DNA of 64,000 nt from positions 19,748-83,747 of the forward strand of contig CALFUL010000009.1 in NCBI GenBank assembly GCA_937929935.1, written 5' to 3'. The notes under the pieces were generated by a model. That model had not been told where the DNA came from, did no database searches, and was given only the letters and a program-made list of their open reading frames with translations. Source of the stretch: an uncultured Flavobacteriaceae bacterium. Lineage in GTDB: Bacteria; Bacteroidota; Bacteroidia; Flavobacteriales; Flavobacteriaceae. The translations under genes and the position numbers were made by a program. The first letter of the stretch is position 1; every line of letters begins with the position of its first letter. Positions 38,957 to 48,076 of the stretch are shown piece after piece.

Positions 38957-39802
38957 ATGAAAAATTTAATTTACACGAGTATCCTTCTTTTTTTATTCAA
39001 CATTGTACAATTGACTGCCCAAAACTTTGCCGGTCTTGCTACGTACAAGACCGATATGAAAATGGAAGTTAAATTGGACAGTGCAAGTGCGAGTGCTGAC
39101 CAGATGGACATAGTACAACAACAATTGCGGTTGGCCATGCAAAAAGAATTTCAACTTTCGTTTACCAAATCAGAATCAAATTGGAAAGAACAGGAAAGCC
39201 TTGAGAAACCGACATCAGGTGGAGGAGGATTTCAAATTCAAGTTGTTGGAATGGGAGGCGGTAGCGATGGATTACTGTATAAGAACACCAAAAACAAGCA
39301 AACCAAAGAGAGCACCGATGCCTTTGGAAAACTATTTCTCATATCTGGAAAATTGGAACCTTTTGAGTGGGAAATGACATCAGATACAAAGCAAATTGGC
39401 AAGTATACCTGTTATAAGGCCATAGCCAAAAGAGAAATTACTCATACTGAAATTTCAGAAGTTGATGGGAAGATGGAAGAGAAGGAAGAAAAGAAAATAC
39501 AAACTACTACAGCTTGGTATACACCTGAAATTCCGGTTAATCACGGGCCGGATATGTACTGGGGCCTTCCGGGACTTATTTTAGAAGCAACTAACGGAAG
39601 TAGAATTATGATCTGTACAAAAGTGGTTTTAAACCCCGATAAAGAAGTGGTCATTGAGATTCCATCTAAGGGTAAGAATGTTACTAATGAGGAATATGAA
39701 GAAATCATGAAAGAACAATCCGAAAAGATGCGCAAGATGTACGGCGGGGGTAAGAAAAAAGGAAAAAATGCATCTTCATTTAGCATATCCATAGAGAATT
39801 GA
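38957..39802 (+). CDS. GLPGLI family protein
   Basis: IGKYTCYKA, AWYTPEIP, GP..YWGLPGLILE. Confidence 0.95.
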   Translation: MKNLIYTSILLFLFNIVQLTAQNFAGLATYKTDMKMEVKLDSASASADQMDIVQQQLRLAMQKEFQLSFTKSESNWKEQESLEKPTSGGGGFQIQVVGMGGGSDGLLYKNTKNKQTKESTDAFGKLFLISGKLEPFEWEMTSDTKQIGKYTCYKAIAKREITHTEISEVDGKMEEKEEKKIQTTTAWYTPEIPVNHGPDMYWGLPGLILEATNGSRIMICTKVVLNPDKEVVIEIPSKGKNVTNEEYEEIMKEQSEKMRKMYGGGKKKGKNASSFSISIEN

Positions 39803-39849
39803 GAAGAATAGAATACTAGTCTACAAACGCCAAAAATCATCAATCAAAA

Positions 39850-42534
39850 ATGAACAGAATTAGCATATTCCTTTTGGTAGGACTAGTATTTTATTGCTCT
39901 ATTCTAAATGCGCAAAAGGTAGTATTAGAGGGTAAGGTTATTGACTCACTAAGTGCTCCTTTAGAATTAGCTAATGTAATTGCAATCAACAAGCACAATA
40001 AAGCAATTGCTTCATATGGTATTACTGATGCTGAAGGCAGGTTTAGGTTAAATTTAAAGAAAGATAGTTTGTACCTGTTGAAGGCGAGCTATTTAGGATT
40101 CGAAACTTGGGAGGAAGATTTTCAGGCATCAGCAAATGAGAATAAAACAATCACTTTAAAAACATTGCTTAACCAGTTGGATGGAGTTACCGTGACTGAA
40201 GATTTTCCCGTAACCATTTCAGGAGATACTATAACCTATAAAACCGATGCCTTCACTACAGGAAAAGAAAAAAAATTAGAAAATGTCTTAGAACAGTTAC
40301 CTGGTTTTGAAATTGATGATGAGGGACAAATAAAAGTTCAAGGTAAAGATGTAAGTAAGGTTTTAGTTGAAGGCAAGGAATTTTTTGATGGAGATACCAA
40401 AATGGCTACCAAAAACATTCCAGCAAATGCCGTAGATAAAGTGCAAGTACTGCGTGATTTTAATGAAATAGGACCTTTAGGTGCGGTAAATGACAGTGAT
40501 GCCTTGGCCTTGAACCTAAAACTGAAAGACGGAAAAAAGAATCTTTGGTTTGGCGATATTTCAGCAGCAGGAGGGCCAAAAGATCGGCATTTAAGTCATG
40601 CAAATGTTTTTTATTATTCTCCTAAATTTAATGTCAACTTTATAGGCGACGTAAACAATATAGGGCAACAAGCTTTTACCCTACAAGACTATTTTAAGTT
40701 TAATGGGGGCTTGGCGAGTTTGTCTCAACGATCAGGCTCATCAGTTAATATTTCTGCTGACGATATTGGTTTGTCATTACTTCAAAATAATAGAACTAGA
40801 AATACAGATTCTAAATTAGCCGCCCTTAATTTTAATTATAATCCGAATAAGAAAATTCGTTTTTCAGGTTTCGGCATTGTGTCTGGCATTGATACTGATT
40901 TAGAGACCGTTTCGCAGCGTACCTATATACGTGAAAATGGTAATAATCAAGAGCTTTTAACGGCTGCAACGAAACAGCAAAATACAGCAGGATTATTTAA
41001 ATTTTCGACAACATATACTCCTAATGCCAAATGGCATTTAAATTATAATGGTTTTGCAAAAAAGGCGGAGATTAATGATAGAAATCTATCGCTATCAGAT
41101 TTTGAGAATTTTGAAAACGAAATTAACAGTACCAATCGTAAAGATCCATTTTCAGTACAACAAAGCCTGAACGTTTTTTATGCAAGCGATGATAAGAATA
41201 TTTTCTCTATAGAGTCGAACCAACTCTATAAACGGCAGCGCCCCAATTATAATTTAATCAGTATGTTACAACCTTTTTCAGGTACTGTGTCTTTTCAGGG
41301 TAGCACACCATTTAATTTGTTTCAAGACAAAGAAGTGTTGACAAAGAAATTTGATACTGAAGGTAATTATTATAGGGTGTTAAATAAAACCAATCACATT
41401 AGTTTTAAAGCTGGTTTGAGTTCGAATAAGCAAGAATTGACATCTCATTTAGAAGAATTAGTTGAGGATACTAGAACGGCAATTGGTAATGCTCAAGAAT
41501 ATGTAAATAATAGCACCTTTAACTTTTTAGATGTTTATGTTGGATTGGGGTATCGAATAAAGTTGGGTAAATTAACCTTGAGTCCAGAGTTAAATTATCA
41601 CATATATAATATAAAAAATAATCATTTTGCCCTTCCTGTCAATACAAAGAAGAATTTGTTGCTTCCCGAATTAAGAGTTGAGTATGCGATGAATAGTTCA
41701 GAATCGATGCAATTGAATTATAATATGGCTACAGAATTTGCCGATGTGCAAAGTTTAGCACCTGCGTTTCAATTACAGAGTTACAATAGCCTTTTCAGGG
41801 GAAATCCGAATTTAAATAACACATGGTATCATAACCTTGCGTTAAACTACTTTAATTTTGGCTCGTTTAATTTCACTACTATTTATGGCGGGTTAACGTA
41901 TCAGAAACGCTACGAAAGTATTGGTACATCTTCTGATTTTATCGGTTTAGATAATATTTCGACACCTATAAATGTTGAAAGACCAAATGAGAATGTAACC
42001 TTATTTGGAAATTACGAAAGACGTTTTCCTTCTCTAAAAGGAAAGTTTGAGACCCAATTGACCTATAATAATTTTAATACTGTTGTTAATCAAGCTGCTA
42101 ATTTTAATAGGTCATTTAGCCAAAATTATAAGCTGTCTTTAGAAACAAGATTTAAAGAAGCGCCTAATGTGGAAATAGGTTTTGAAAAAAAATGGAATGA
42201 TTATGCAAGTGCAACTATTAAAAATAGGTTTGTCACTGATAGTCCGTTTGCTAATATCGAAGCTTATTTTTTAAAAAGCTTTTCTTTAACGGCAGAGTAC
42301 CAATATAACGACTACAGAAGTAAAAATGGAGAAACTAGAAGCACCTACGATTTTTTAAACGCGGCATTGTATGTTCAAAAAGAGGACAGTAAATGGGAAT
42401 TTAAAATTTCAGGTTTAAATCTATTGAATACCACCTCAATTCGTCAAGATGCTTTCTCAAATAATTTAATAAGCACTTTGGAATATCAAGTGCAACCTAG
42501 ATATTTCCTAGCCGGTATTAAGTATGAATTATAA
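39850..42534 (+). CDS. Outer-membrane beta-barrel/TonB-dependent receptor-like protein with carboxypeptidase-regulatory-like N-terminus
   Basis: ASYLGF, GDTITY, LEQLPG, FFDGDTKMATKNIPA, C-terminal PRYFLAGIKYEL. Confidence 0.85.
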   Translation: MNRISIFLLVGLVFYCSILNAQKVVLEGKVIDSLSAPLELANVIAINKHNKAIASYGITDAEGRFRLNLKKDSLYLLKASYLGFETWEEDFQASANENKTITLKTLLNQLDGVTVTEDFPVTISGDTITYKTDAFTTGKEKKLENVLEQLPGFEIDDEGQIKVQGKDVSKVLVEGKEFFDGDTKMATKNIPANAVDKVQVLRDFNEIGPLGAVNDSDALALNLKLKDGKKNLWFGDISAAGGPKDRHLSHANVFYYSPKFNVNFIGDVNNIGQQAFTLQDYFKFNGGLASLSQRSGSSVNISADDIGLSLLQNNRTRNTDSKLAALNFNYNPNKKIRFSGFGIVSGIDTDLETVSQRTYIRENGNNQELLTAATKQQNTAGLFKFSTTYTPNAKWHLNYNGFAKKAEINDRNLSLSDFENFENEINSTNRKDPFSVQQSLNVFYASDDKNIFSIESNQLYKRQRPNYNLISMLQPFSGTVSFQGSTPFNLFQDKEVLTKKFDTEGNYYRVLNKTNHISFKAGLSSNKQELTSHLEELVEDTRTAIGNAQEYVNNSTFNFLDVYVGLGYRIKLGKLTLSPELNYHIYNIKNNHFALPVNTKKNLLLPELRVEYAMNSSESMQLNYNMATEFADVQSLAPAFQLQSYNSLFRGNPNLNNTWYHNLALNYFNFGSFNFTTIYGGLTYQKRYESIGTSSDFIGLDNISTPINVERPNENVTLFGNYERRFPSLKGKFETQLTYNNFNTVVNQAANFNRSFSQNYKLSLETRFKEAPNVEIGFEKKWNDYASATIKNRFVTDSPFANIEAYFLKSFSLTAEYQYNDYRSKNGETRSTYDFLNAALYVQKEDSKWEFKISGLNLLNTTSIRQDAFSNNLISTLEYQVQPRYFLAGIKYEL

Positions 42535-42622
42535 GTATCAGTCTTGTTTGAAGGTACTTTATAAATCTTGATATATTTTCGTTCGCCATCAAAACAATTT
42601 TCATATTTTTGTCACTCAATAA

Positions 42623-42695
42623 GAGGAAAGATTTGACTGATTGCAACCTCAGATGCTGAAATGAATTCAGCATAGCAAAAATGCTAAAGCAGTTG
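42623..42695 (+). ncRNA. SAM-II class (long-loop) riboswitch upstream of metK
   Basis: GAGG/CCTC P1, GATTT...ACTG-A-TTGCAA, distal AAAT-GCTAAA-GCAGT closing the pseudoknot; inserted hairpin ATGCTGAA..TTCAGCAT; TAnnTTTG promoter element at 42604-42611. Confidence 0.75.
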
Positions 42696-42763
42696 ATTGT
42701 GATGAATCATAATCATACTCCTAAAAGCGTATCGTCAAATTATCCTCAGCATATAAAATTAGT

Positions 42764-44020
42764 ATGGCATATTTATTTACTTCAGAATCTGTTAGTGAAG
42801 GACACCCTGATAAGGTTTCAGATCAAATCAGTGATGCATTATTAGATAATTTTTTAGCTTTTGATCCAGAAAGTAAGGTGGCATGTGAAACCTTAGTTAC
42901 TACGGGTCAAGTGGTTTTAGCTGGTGAGGTTAAAAGTAATACCTATCTAGATGTTCAAAATATCGCTAGAGATGTGATCAATAAGATTGGTTACACAAAA
43001 GGCGAGTATCAGTTTAGCGGAGACTCTTGTGGCGTAATTTCTTTAATTCATGAGCAATCTCAAGATATTAATCAAGGTGTTGATCGCGGATCTAAAGAGC
43101 AACAAGGTGCGGGGGATCAAGGTATGATGTTTGGTTATGCCACTAAAGAAACAGAGAACTACATGCCCTTGGCATTAGATATTTCTCATAAAATTCTTCA
43201 AGTATTAGCAGAGCTAAGAAGAGAAGGCAACCAAATTGGTTACTTAAGACCAGATGCAAAATCACAGGTTACCATTGAGTATTCAGATGATAATGTGCCA
43301 CAGCGTATTGAAGCAATTGTAGTTTCAACACAGCATGATGCCTTTGATGCTGATGATGAAAAGATGTTGGCGAAAATAAAATCTGATATCGTTTCTATTT
43401 TGATTCCGAGAGTAAAAGCACAGCTTCCAGCTGATATTCAAGCCTTATTTGATAATCAAATAGTATATCATATCAACCCAACCGGAAAATTTGTAATCGG
43501 TGGTCCACACGGTGATACGGGTTTAACAGGAAGAAAAATTATTGTTGACACTTATGGTGGTAAAGGAGCCCACGGTGGTGGTGCTTTTAGCGGAAAAGAC
43601 CCTAGTAAGGTAGATCGTAGTGCTGCGTATGCTGCAAGACACGTTGCAAAGAATTTGGTTGCAGCAGGCGTTTCTGATGAAATCTTAGTACAAGTAAGTT
43701 ATGCAATTGGTGTAGTTGAGCCAACATCAATTTTTGTAGATACTTACAATACTTCAAATGTAGATTTGACTGATGGGGCAATTGCTGAGAAAGTAGCGCA
43801 GCTTTTCGATATGCGACCTTTCGCAATTGAAGCTCGTTTGAAATTGAGAAACCCTATATACCTAGAAACTGCTGCTTATGGCCATATGGGTAAAGAACCG
43901 AAAACCATTACCAAAGTTTTTGAATCTCCGTATAACGGTAGAGTAGAAAAAGAAGTAGAGCTTTTCACTTGGGAAAAATTAGATATGGTTGATGAGGTTA
44001 AATCAGCATTCGGATTGTAA
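42764..44020 (+). CDS. metK: S-adenosylmethionine synthetase
   Basis: [28 protein letters not shown]. Confidence 0.97.
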   Translation: MAYLFTSESVSEGHPDKVSDQISDALLDNFLAFDPESKVACETLVTTGQVVLAGEVKSNTYLDVQNIARDVINKIGYTKGEYQFSGDSCGVISLIHEQSQDINQGVDRGSKEQQGAGDQGMMFGYATKETENYMPLALDISHKILQVLAELRREGNQIGYLRPDAKSQVTIEYSDDNVPQRIEAIVVSTQHDAFDADDEKMLAKIKSDIVSILIPRVKAQLPADIQALFDNQIVYHINPTGKFVIGGPHGDTGLTGRKIIVDTYGGKGAHGGGAFSGKDPSKVDRSAAYAARHVAKNLVAAGVSDEILVQVSYAIGVVEPTSIFVDTYNTSNVDLTDGAIAEKVAQLFDMRPFAIEARLKLRNPIYLETAAYGHMGKEPKTITKVFESPYNGRVEKEVELFTWEKLDMVDEVKSAFGL

Positions 44021-44038
44021 ATAAAATATAACGTTAGT

Positions 44039-44072
44039 AAAAAGGGAGCCCAAAAACGGGCTCCCTTTTTTT
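44039..44072 (+). terminator. Intrinsic terminator
   Basis: AAAAAGGGAGCCC-AAAAAC-GGGCTCCCTTTTTTT. Confidence 0.85.
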
Positions 44073-44123
44073 ATTTTCAATTCGCACTTATCTTTAGTAG
44101 CTTTAACCTCTAACACGATCCAT

Positions 44124-46067
44124 ATGCCTTACTATATTAAATTTCTTTTGGTCATAGTAGTATCACTAGCCTTAACAGTTACATCTTGTAAACGAACTGC
44201 AAAGAATAAAAACATTGAGGTTTCTAAAACTTACGTAGCTGACAACTACACCAAGCAAGAAGTTGCTATTGAAATGCGTGATGGAGCCAAATTGCACACC
44301 ACCATTTATTCGCCCAAAGACACATCAAAAGAATATCCTATTATCATACAGCGTACGCCGTATAGTTCAAGACCCTACGGAGAAGGCAAGATGAAAGAAA
44401 AAATAGGACCTAATATTCATATGATGAAAGAGGGTAATATTGTAGTCTATCAAGATGTTCGTGGCAGATGGATGAGTGAAGGACATTATGAAAATATGCG
44501 CGCTTATATTCCAAATAAAGAAACTGATCAAGATGTTGACGAAAGCTCAGACACCTATGATTCTATTGAATGGTTAGTAAACAATGTAGATAATACTAAT
44601 GGAAATGTGGGTATTTGGGGAATTTCATACCCAGGTTTTTATTCTACTTATGCTACTGTTGATGCGCACCCGGCCTTAAAAGCTGCCTCACCTCAAGCCA
44701 GTATTGGCGATTTCTTTTTTGATGATTTTCATCATAACGGAGCCTACTTGCTTAGTTATTTTAGAGCAACATCTCTTTTTGGTACACCCAGACCTAATGG
44801 CGATATGCCTATTGATACCGCTTGGTACAGTCTTCCAAATTTAGACACTGAAGATCAATACCAGTTCTTTTTAGATAAAGGTCCGTTGAAGAACTTGAAC
44901 TCTTATTTTGAATATGATGTAAAGGATGAGGTTTCTATTGCTAAGGATGAAACTACTGATGATTATTTCTGGAATGAACTCAAAGAACATCCTAATTACG
45001 ATGAGCTTTGGCAAAGTCGCGGACTCATTCAGCATTTAAAGGATGTAAAATCACACGTAGCCACAATGGTCGTTGGCGGATGGTTTGATGCCGAAGATTT
45101 ATACGGACCTCTAGAAACCTATAAGAACATTGAAAAGTATAATGAAGGTAATTACAATACCATGGTTTTCGGCCCTTGGGATCATGGCAGATGGTCAAAA
45201 AGAGATGGTCGCACTGTAGTGGGTAATTATTATTTTGGCGATGAAATTTCAGAGTTTTTTCAAGAGAATATCGAAACCAAGTTTTTTAATCATTTCTTAA
45301 AAGGAAGTGGCGATAAAAACAGCGGACTACCAGAAGCTTATGTCTTTGATACTGGCAGAAAAGACTGGAAACAGTATGATTCATGGCCGCCAAAAGGAGT
45401 AGTCAAAAAAAATCTATTTCTATCAGAAAATCAAGAGCTGACGTCTGAATTAAAAAGCACTAAAGGAATTCAATTCATCAGTGATATTAAAAAGCCAGTG
45501 CCTTATTCTGAAGACATCAAATCGGTATTTACACCTAGAAAGTATATGACTGACGATCAGCGTTTCGCTGCCCGTCGTTCTGACGTTTTAGTATTTGAAA
45601 CCGAGGTGCTAGAAGAAGATTTAACCCTAGCGGGTGATATTCTTGCCAAACTAAAAGTAGCCACCACAGGCACGGCCGCAGATTGGATTGTCAAGGTAAT
45701 TGACGTACATCCAACAGGTCTTGAAACCAATGAAGAAATGCAAGGGCATTTGAAAATGAGTAATTACCACTTAATGGTGCGAAGTGAAGTGCTGCGTGGG
45801 CGTTTTAGAAATAGCTTCGAAAAACCAGAACCTTTTGTGTCCAATCAAAAAACAGCAGTAAATATCAAATTACAAGATGTGTTTCATACCATCAAAAAAG
45901 GACACAAACTTCAAATTCAAGTGCAAAGCACCTGGTTTCCGTTAATTGATTTGAACCCACAGACCTATGTGGAGAATATCTTCAAAGCTGATGAAGAAGA
46001 TTTTAAAACACAGACGCATACAGTTTTTACTGATTCTAGTGTTGAGTTCAGTATTTTATCCCACTAA
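44124..46067 (+). CDS. CocE/NonD family hydrolase lipoprotein
   Basis: Lipobox VTSC; MRDG.KL, RTPY, QDVRGR, GISYPG nucleophile motif, GWFDAED, GPWDH. Confidence 0.92.
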   Translation: MPYYIKFLLVIVVSLALTVTSCKRTAKNKNIEVSKTYVADNYTKQEVAIEMRDGAKLHTTIYSPKDTSKEYPIIIQRTPYSSRPYGEGKMKEKIGPNIHMMKEGNIVVYQDVRGRWMSEGHYENMRAYIPNKETDQDVDESSDTYDSIEWLVNNVDNTNGNVGIWGISYPGFYSTYATVDAHPALKAASPQASIGDFFFDDFHHNGAYLLSYFRATSLFGTPRPNGDMPIDTAWYSLPNLDTEDQYQFFLDKGPLKNLNSYFEYDVKDEVSIAKDETTDDYFWNELKEHPNYDELWQSRGLIQHLKDVKSHVATMVVGGWFDAEDLYGPLETYKNIEKYNEGNYNTMVFGPWDHGRWSKRDGRTVVGNYYFGDEISEFFQENIETKFFNHFLKGSGDKNSGLPEAYVFDTGRKDWKQYDSWPPKGVVKKNLFLSENQELTSELKSTKGIQFISDIKKPVPYSEDIKSVFTPRKYMTDDQRFAARRSDVLVFETEVLEEDLTLAGDILAKLKVATTGTAADWIVKVIDVHPTGLETNEEMQGHLKMSNYHLMVRSEVLRGRFRNSFEKPEPFVSNQKTAVNIKLQDVFHTIKKGHKLQIQVQSTWFPLIDLNPQTYVENIFKADEEDFKTQTHTVFTDSSVEFSILSH

Positions 46068-46379
46068 AACAATAGGTATTTGTTATATTTTTTAAATTCA
46101 TTAGGATATTAAAAGATTCTGATCTTAATTTGTGCTTTACAAAGTTCAAACACGTATTGAATAGTTATCAAGAAAGGTGGAGGGATTAGACCCTTTGAAA
46201 CCTTGGCAACCCTTGGTTTATCCTGATGTCTATCAGGACCCAAGAAGGTGCTAAATTCTACCCGAGTCCTGAATTTATTTCAGGATCTGTTGAATATTTT
46301 CAACAGAATGAGGAGGGACAACAGTAACTAATTGCTTTAGCAATTTATACACTTTCTTATAACTTTTTGATTTTACCTA
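46055..46379 (+). repeat. Direct repeat copy 1 (promoter-like region + SAM-I riboswitch)
   Basis: Aligns with 48077-48385: nearly identical for the first ~150 bp, diverged in the P3/P4 stems. Confidence 0.95.
46164..46322 (+). ncRNA. SAM-I riboswitch, orphan/variant copy
   Basis: GTTATCAAGAAAGGTGGAGGGA..CCCTTTGAAACC..GCAACC..GGTGCTAAATTC; 3' P1 strand is GACAAC instead of GATAAC. Confidence 0.85.
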
Positions 46380-46411
46380 ACCTGTAATATTGATTTACGG
46401 CTTTACCTTTT

Positions 46412-47851
46412 TCAATTGTTAGTTTTCATTTTTAGCGTAATTTCTCCAATATTATAGGCATAGACTGCTGCGGGTAGAAAAGTGAATTTCAAATCTTGAA
46501 TTTCTTTCATCCCTAATTTATCAATTGAAGTCACAACAGCAGATTCAAGTTTATTTGCTTTGCAAAACTTAATTAAACTTTTCAATTCTTGAGGTTTATC
46601 AAAATATCGGTTGCTCCATTTAATTTCTACTCCCCAAACGGGTTTATAGTTTTTGTCATCAACTAGAACAAGGTCTACTTCACCTTCGTTTCTTCCGTCT
46701 TTCCATCTTGCGTATGTTAGGTCCAGTTGCTCTCGATGCATCCATTGTGAAAGTAGTGCGGTTTCCACCATGTTTCCCATTTCTTGGTCGGTTTCATTTA
46801 TCGGAGAAAATAAAGCTGTGCGAAGTGAAGGGTTGGTAAGATATACTTTGAAACTCGTTATTCTTTTTAATCTTTTTGCATTGACTCCGACCTTATTTAA
46901 CACCTTAATTAGGAAAGCCGCTTCTAAGTATTCTAGATATTTTTTTAAAGTATCTTTTTGAATTCCACTTTCTCTAGACATGGTCTCATATGAAAATTCA
47001 TTACCGGTATTATAAGCGATATATGTAAAAAACCGATTTAACTCTTGTACATCTTTGATGCCGTACAAGCTTGGTAAGTCCCTAAGTAAAACCTTATCTA
47101 CAATATCGTTTTTAACATATCGACCCATGTCGCCTTGTATTTTTTCAGACAATATAACTTCTGGGTATCCTCCAAAATTTAAATAATTAATGAATTCTTT
47201 ATTTAGTGCTTTTAAATCATGAGCTAAACAATACTTGATATCCTTATTACCATATTGAATATCACCTTCAAAAATTAAATGATCTAATTTTTTCAAATGA
47301 ATATATTCTTGAAATGTTAACGGAGGCAACAAGAAATCAGTAAATCTGCCCGCGCCACTTTCTGTGCTGTGCAATTTTAAAGCTGCTGCTGCCGAGCCAG
47401 ATACTATGAATTTAGTTTCAGGAAATGAGTCAACTAGTACTTTCAAGTGTCTTTCCCAATCTTTTAAATATTGTATTTCATCAAAAAAGACATAACAACC
47501 ATTAAGGTCTTTAAGGCTTAAGGAGTCTTTACATAGGTTCAAAATCTCTTCTAAGCTTAAATTCATGTAGATCGGGTTGTCAATTCCGATAAAGAATAGT
47601 TGATGAGGGTTTGTTCCTTCTTTTAGTAAGTTTTCAATACAATGAAATAATAATACTGTTTTACCAACTCTTCTAGGTCCCATTAGAACTAGAGCTCTTT
47701 TAATACTCCTTTCAATTAGGAACGGATAAAATAGATCAAAATATAATCGCTTTGTCATTGAGCTATAGGTGGTCGGAATTTCTTTGGTTACCCACCAAGG
47801 ATTTTCATAACGAAGACGTTCAATAATTTTTTCTGTTGGAATAAGGTTCAT
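46412..47851 (-). CDS. AAA+ ATPase (AAA_14-like) with C-terminal DUF4143/PD-(D/E)XK nuclease-like domain
   Basis: GPRRVGKT Walker A, FFDEIQ Walker B, VSGS, GAGR, GGYPE, central HTH, EVDLV...VEIKW. Confidence 0.88.
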   Translation of the reverse strand: MNLIPTEKIIERLRYENPWWVTKEIPTTYSSMTKRLYFDLFYPFLIERSIKRALVLMGPRRVGKTVLLFHCIENLLKEGTNPHQLFFIGIDNPIYMNLSLEEILNLCKDSLSLKDLNGCYVFFDEIQYLKDWERHLKVLVDSFPETKFIVSGSAAAALKLHSTESGAGRFTDFLLPPLTFQEYIHLKKLDHLIFEGDIQYGNKDIKYCLAHDLKALNKEFINYLNFGGYPEVILSEKIQGDMGRYVKNDIVDKVLLRDLPSLYGIKDVQELNRFFTYIAYNTGNEFSYETMSRESGIQKDTLKKYLEYLEAAFLIKVLNKVGVNAKRLKRITSFKVYLTNPSLRTALFSPINETDQEMGNMVETALLSQWMHREQLDLTYARWKDGRNEGEVDLVLVDDKNYKPVWGVEIKWSNRYFDKPQELKSLIKFCKANKLESAVVTSIDKLGMKEIQDLKFTFLPAAVYAYNIGEITLKMKTNN

Positions 47852-47970
47852 AATTGTTGTTATATGTCTTATAGTTACAAATTTATCACAATAGATTGAT
47901 TACAAACTATCTATTTAAGCAATAATTGTATAATTAAGACGCTAGTTAAAATTAAATAAGGCTAATTCAA

Positions 47971-47990
47971 CAAACAAACAAACAAACAAA
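47971..47990 (+). repeat. (CAAA)5 simple sequence repeat
   Basis: CAAACAAACAAACAAACAAA upstream of the ATPase gene. Confidence 0.8.
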
Positions 47991-48076
47991 TCTCAAATTT
48001 CATAAAGCTTATTATGTATCTATAGTAATAAATGCATCCATGTCATTTCTAAAAACCTAAATCAGCAAGCCCGTAA

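Noticed and set aside
47940-47970. GCTAGTTAAAATTAAATAAGGCTA resembles the S. pyogenes tracrRNA segment AAGTTAAAATAAGGCTAG
   Set aside because: Short AT-rich match with an insertion; no anti-repeat partner, downstream hairpins, cas gene or array in the window.
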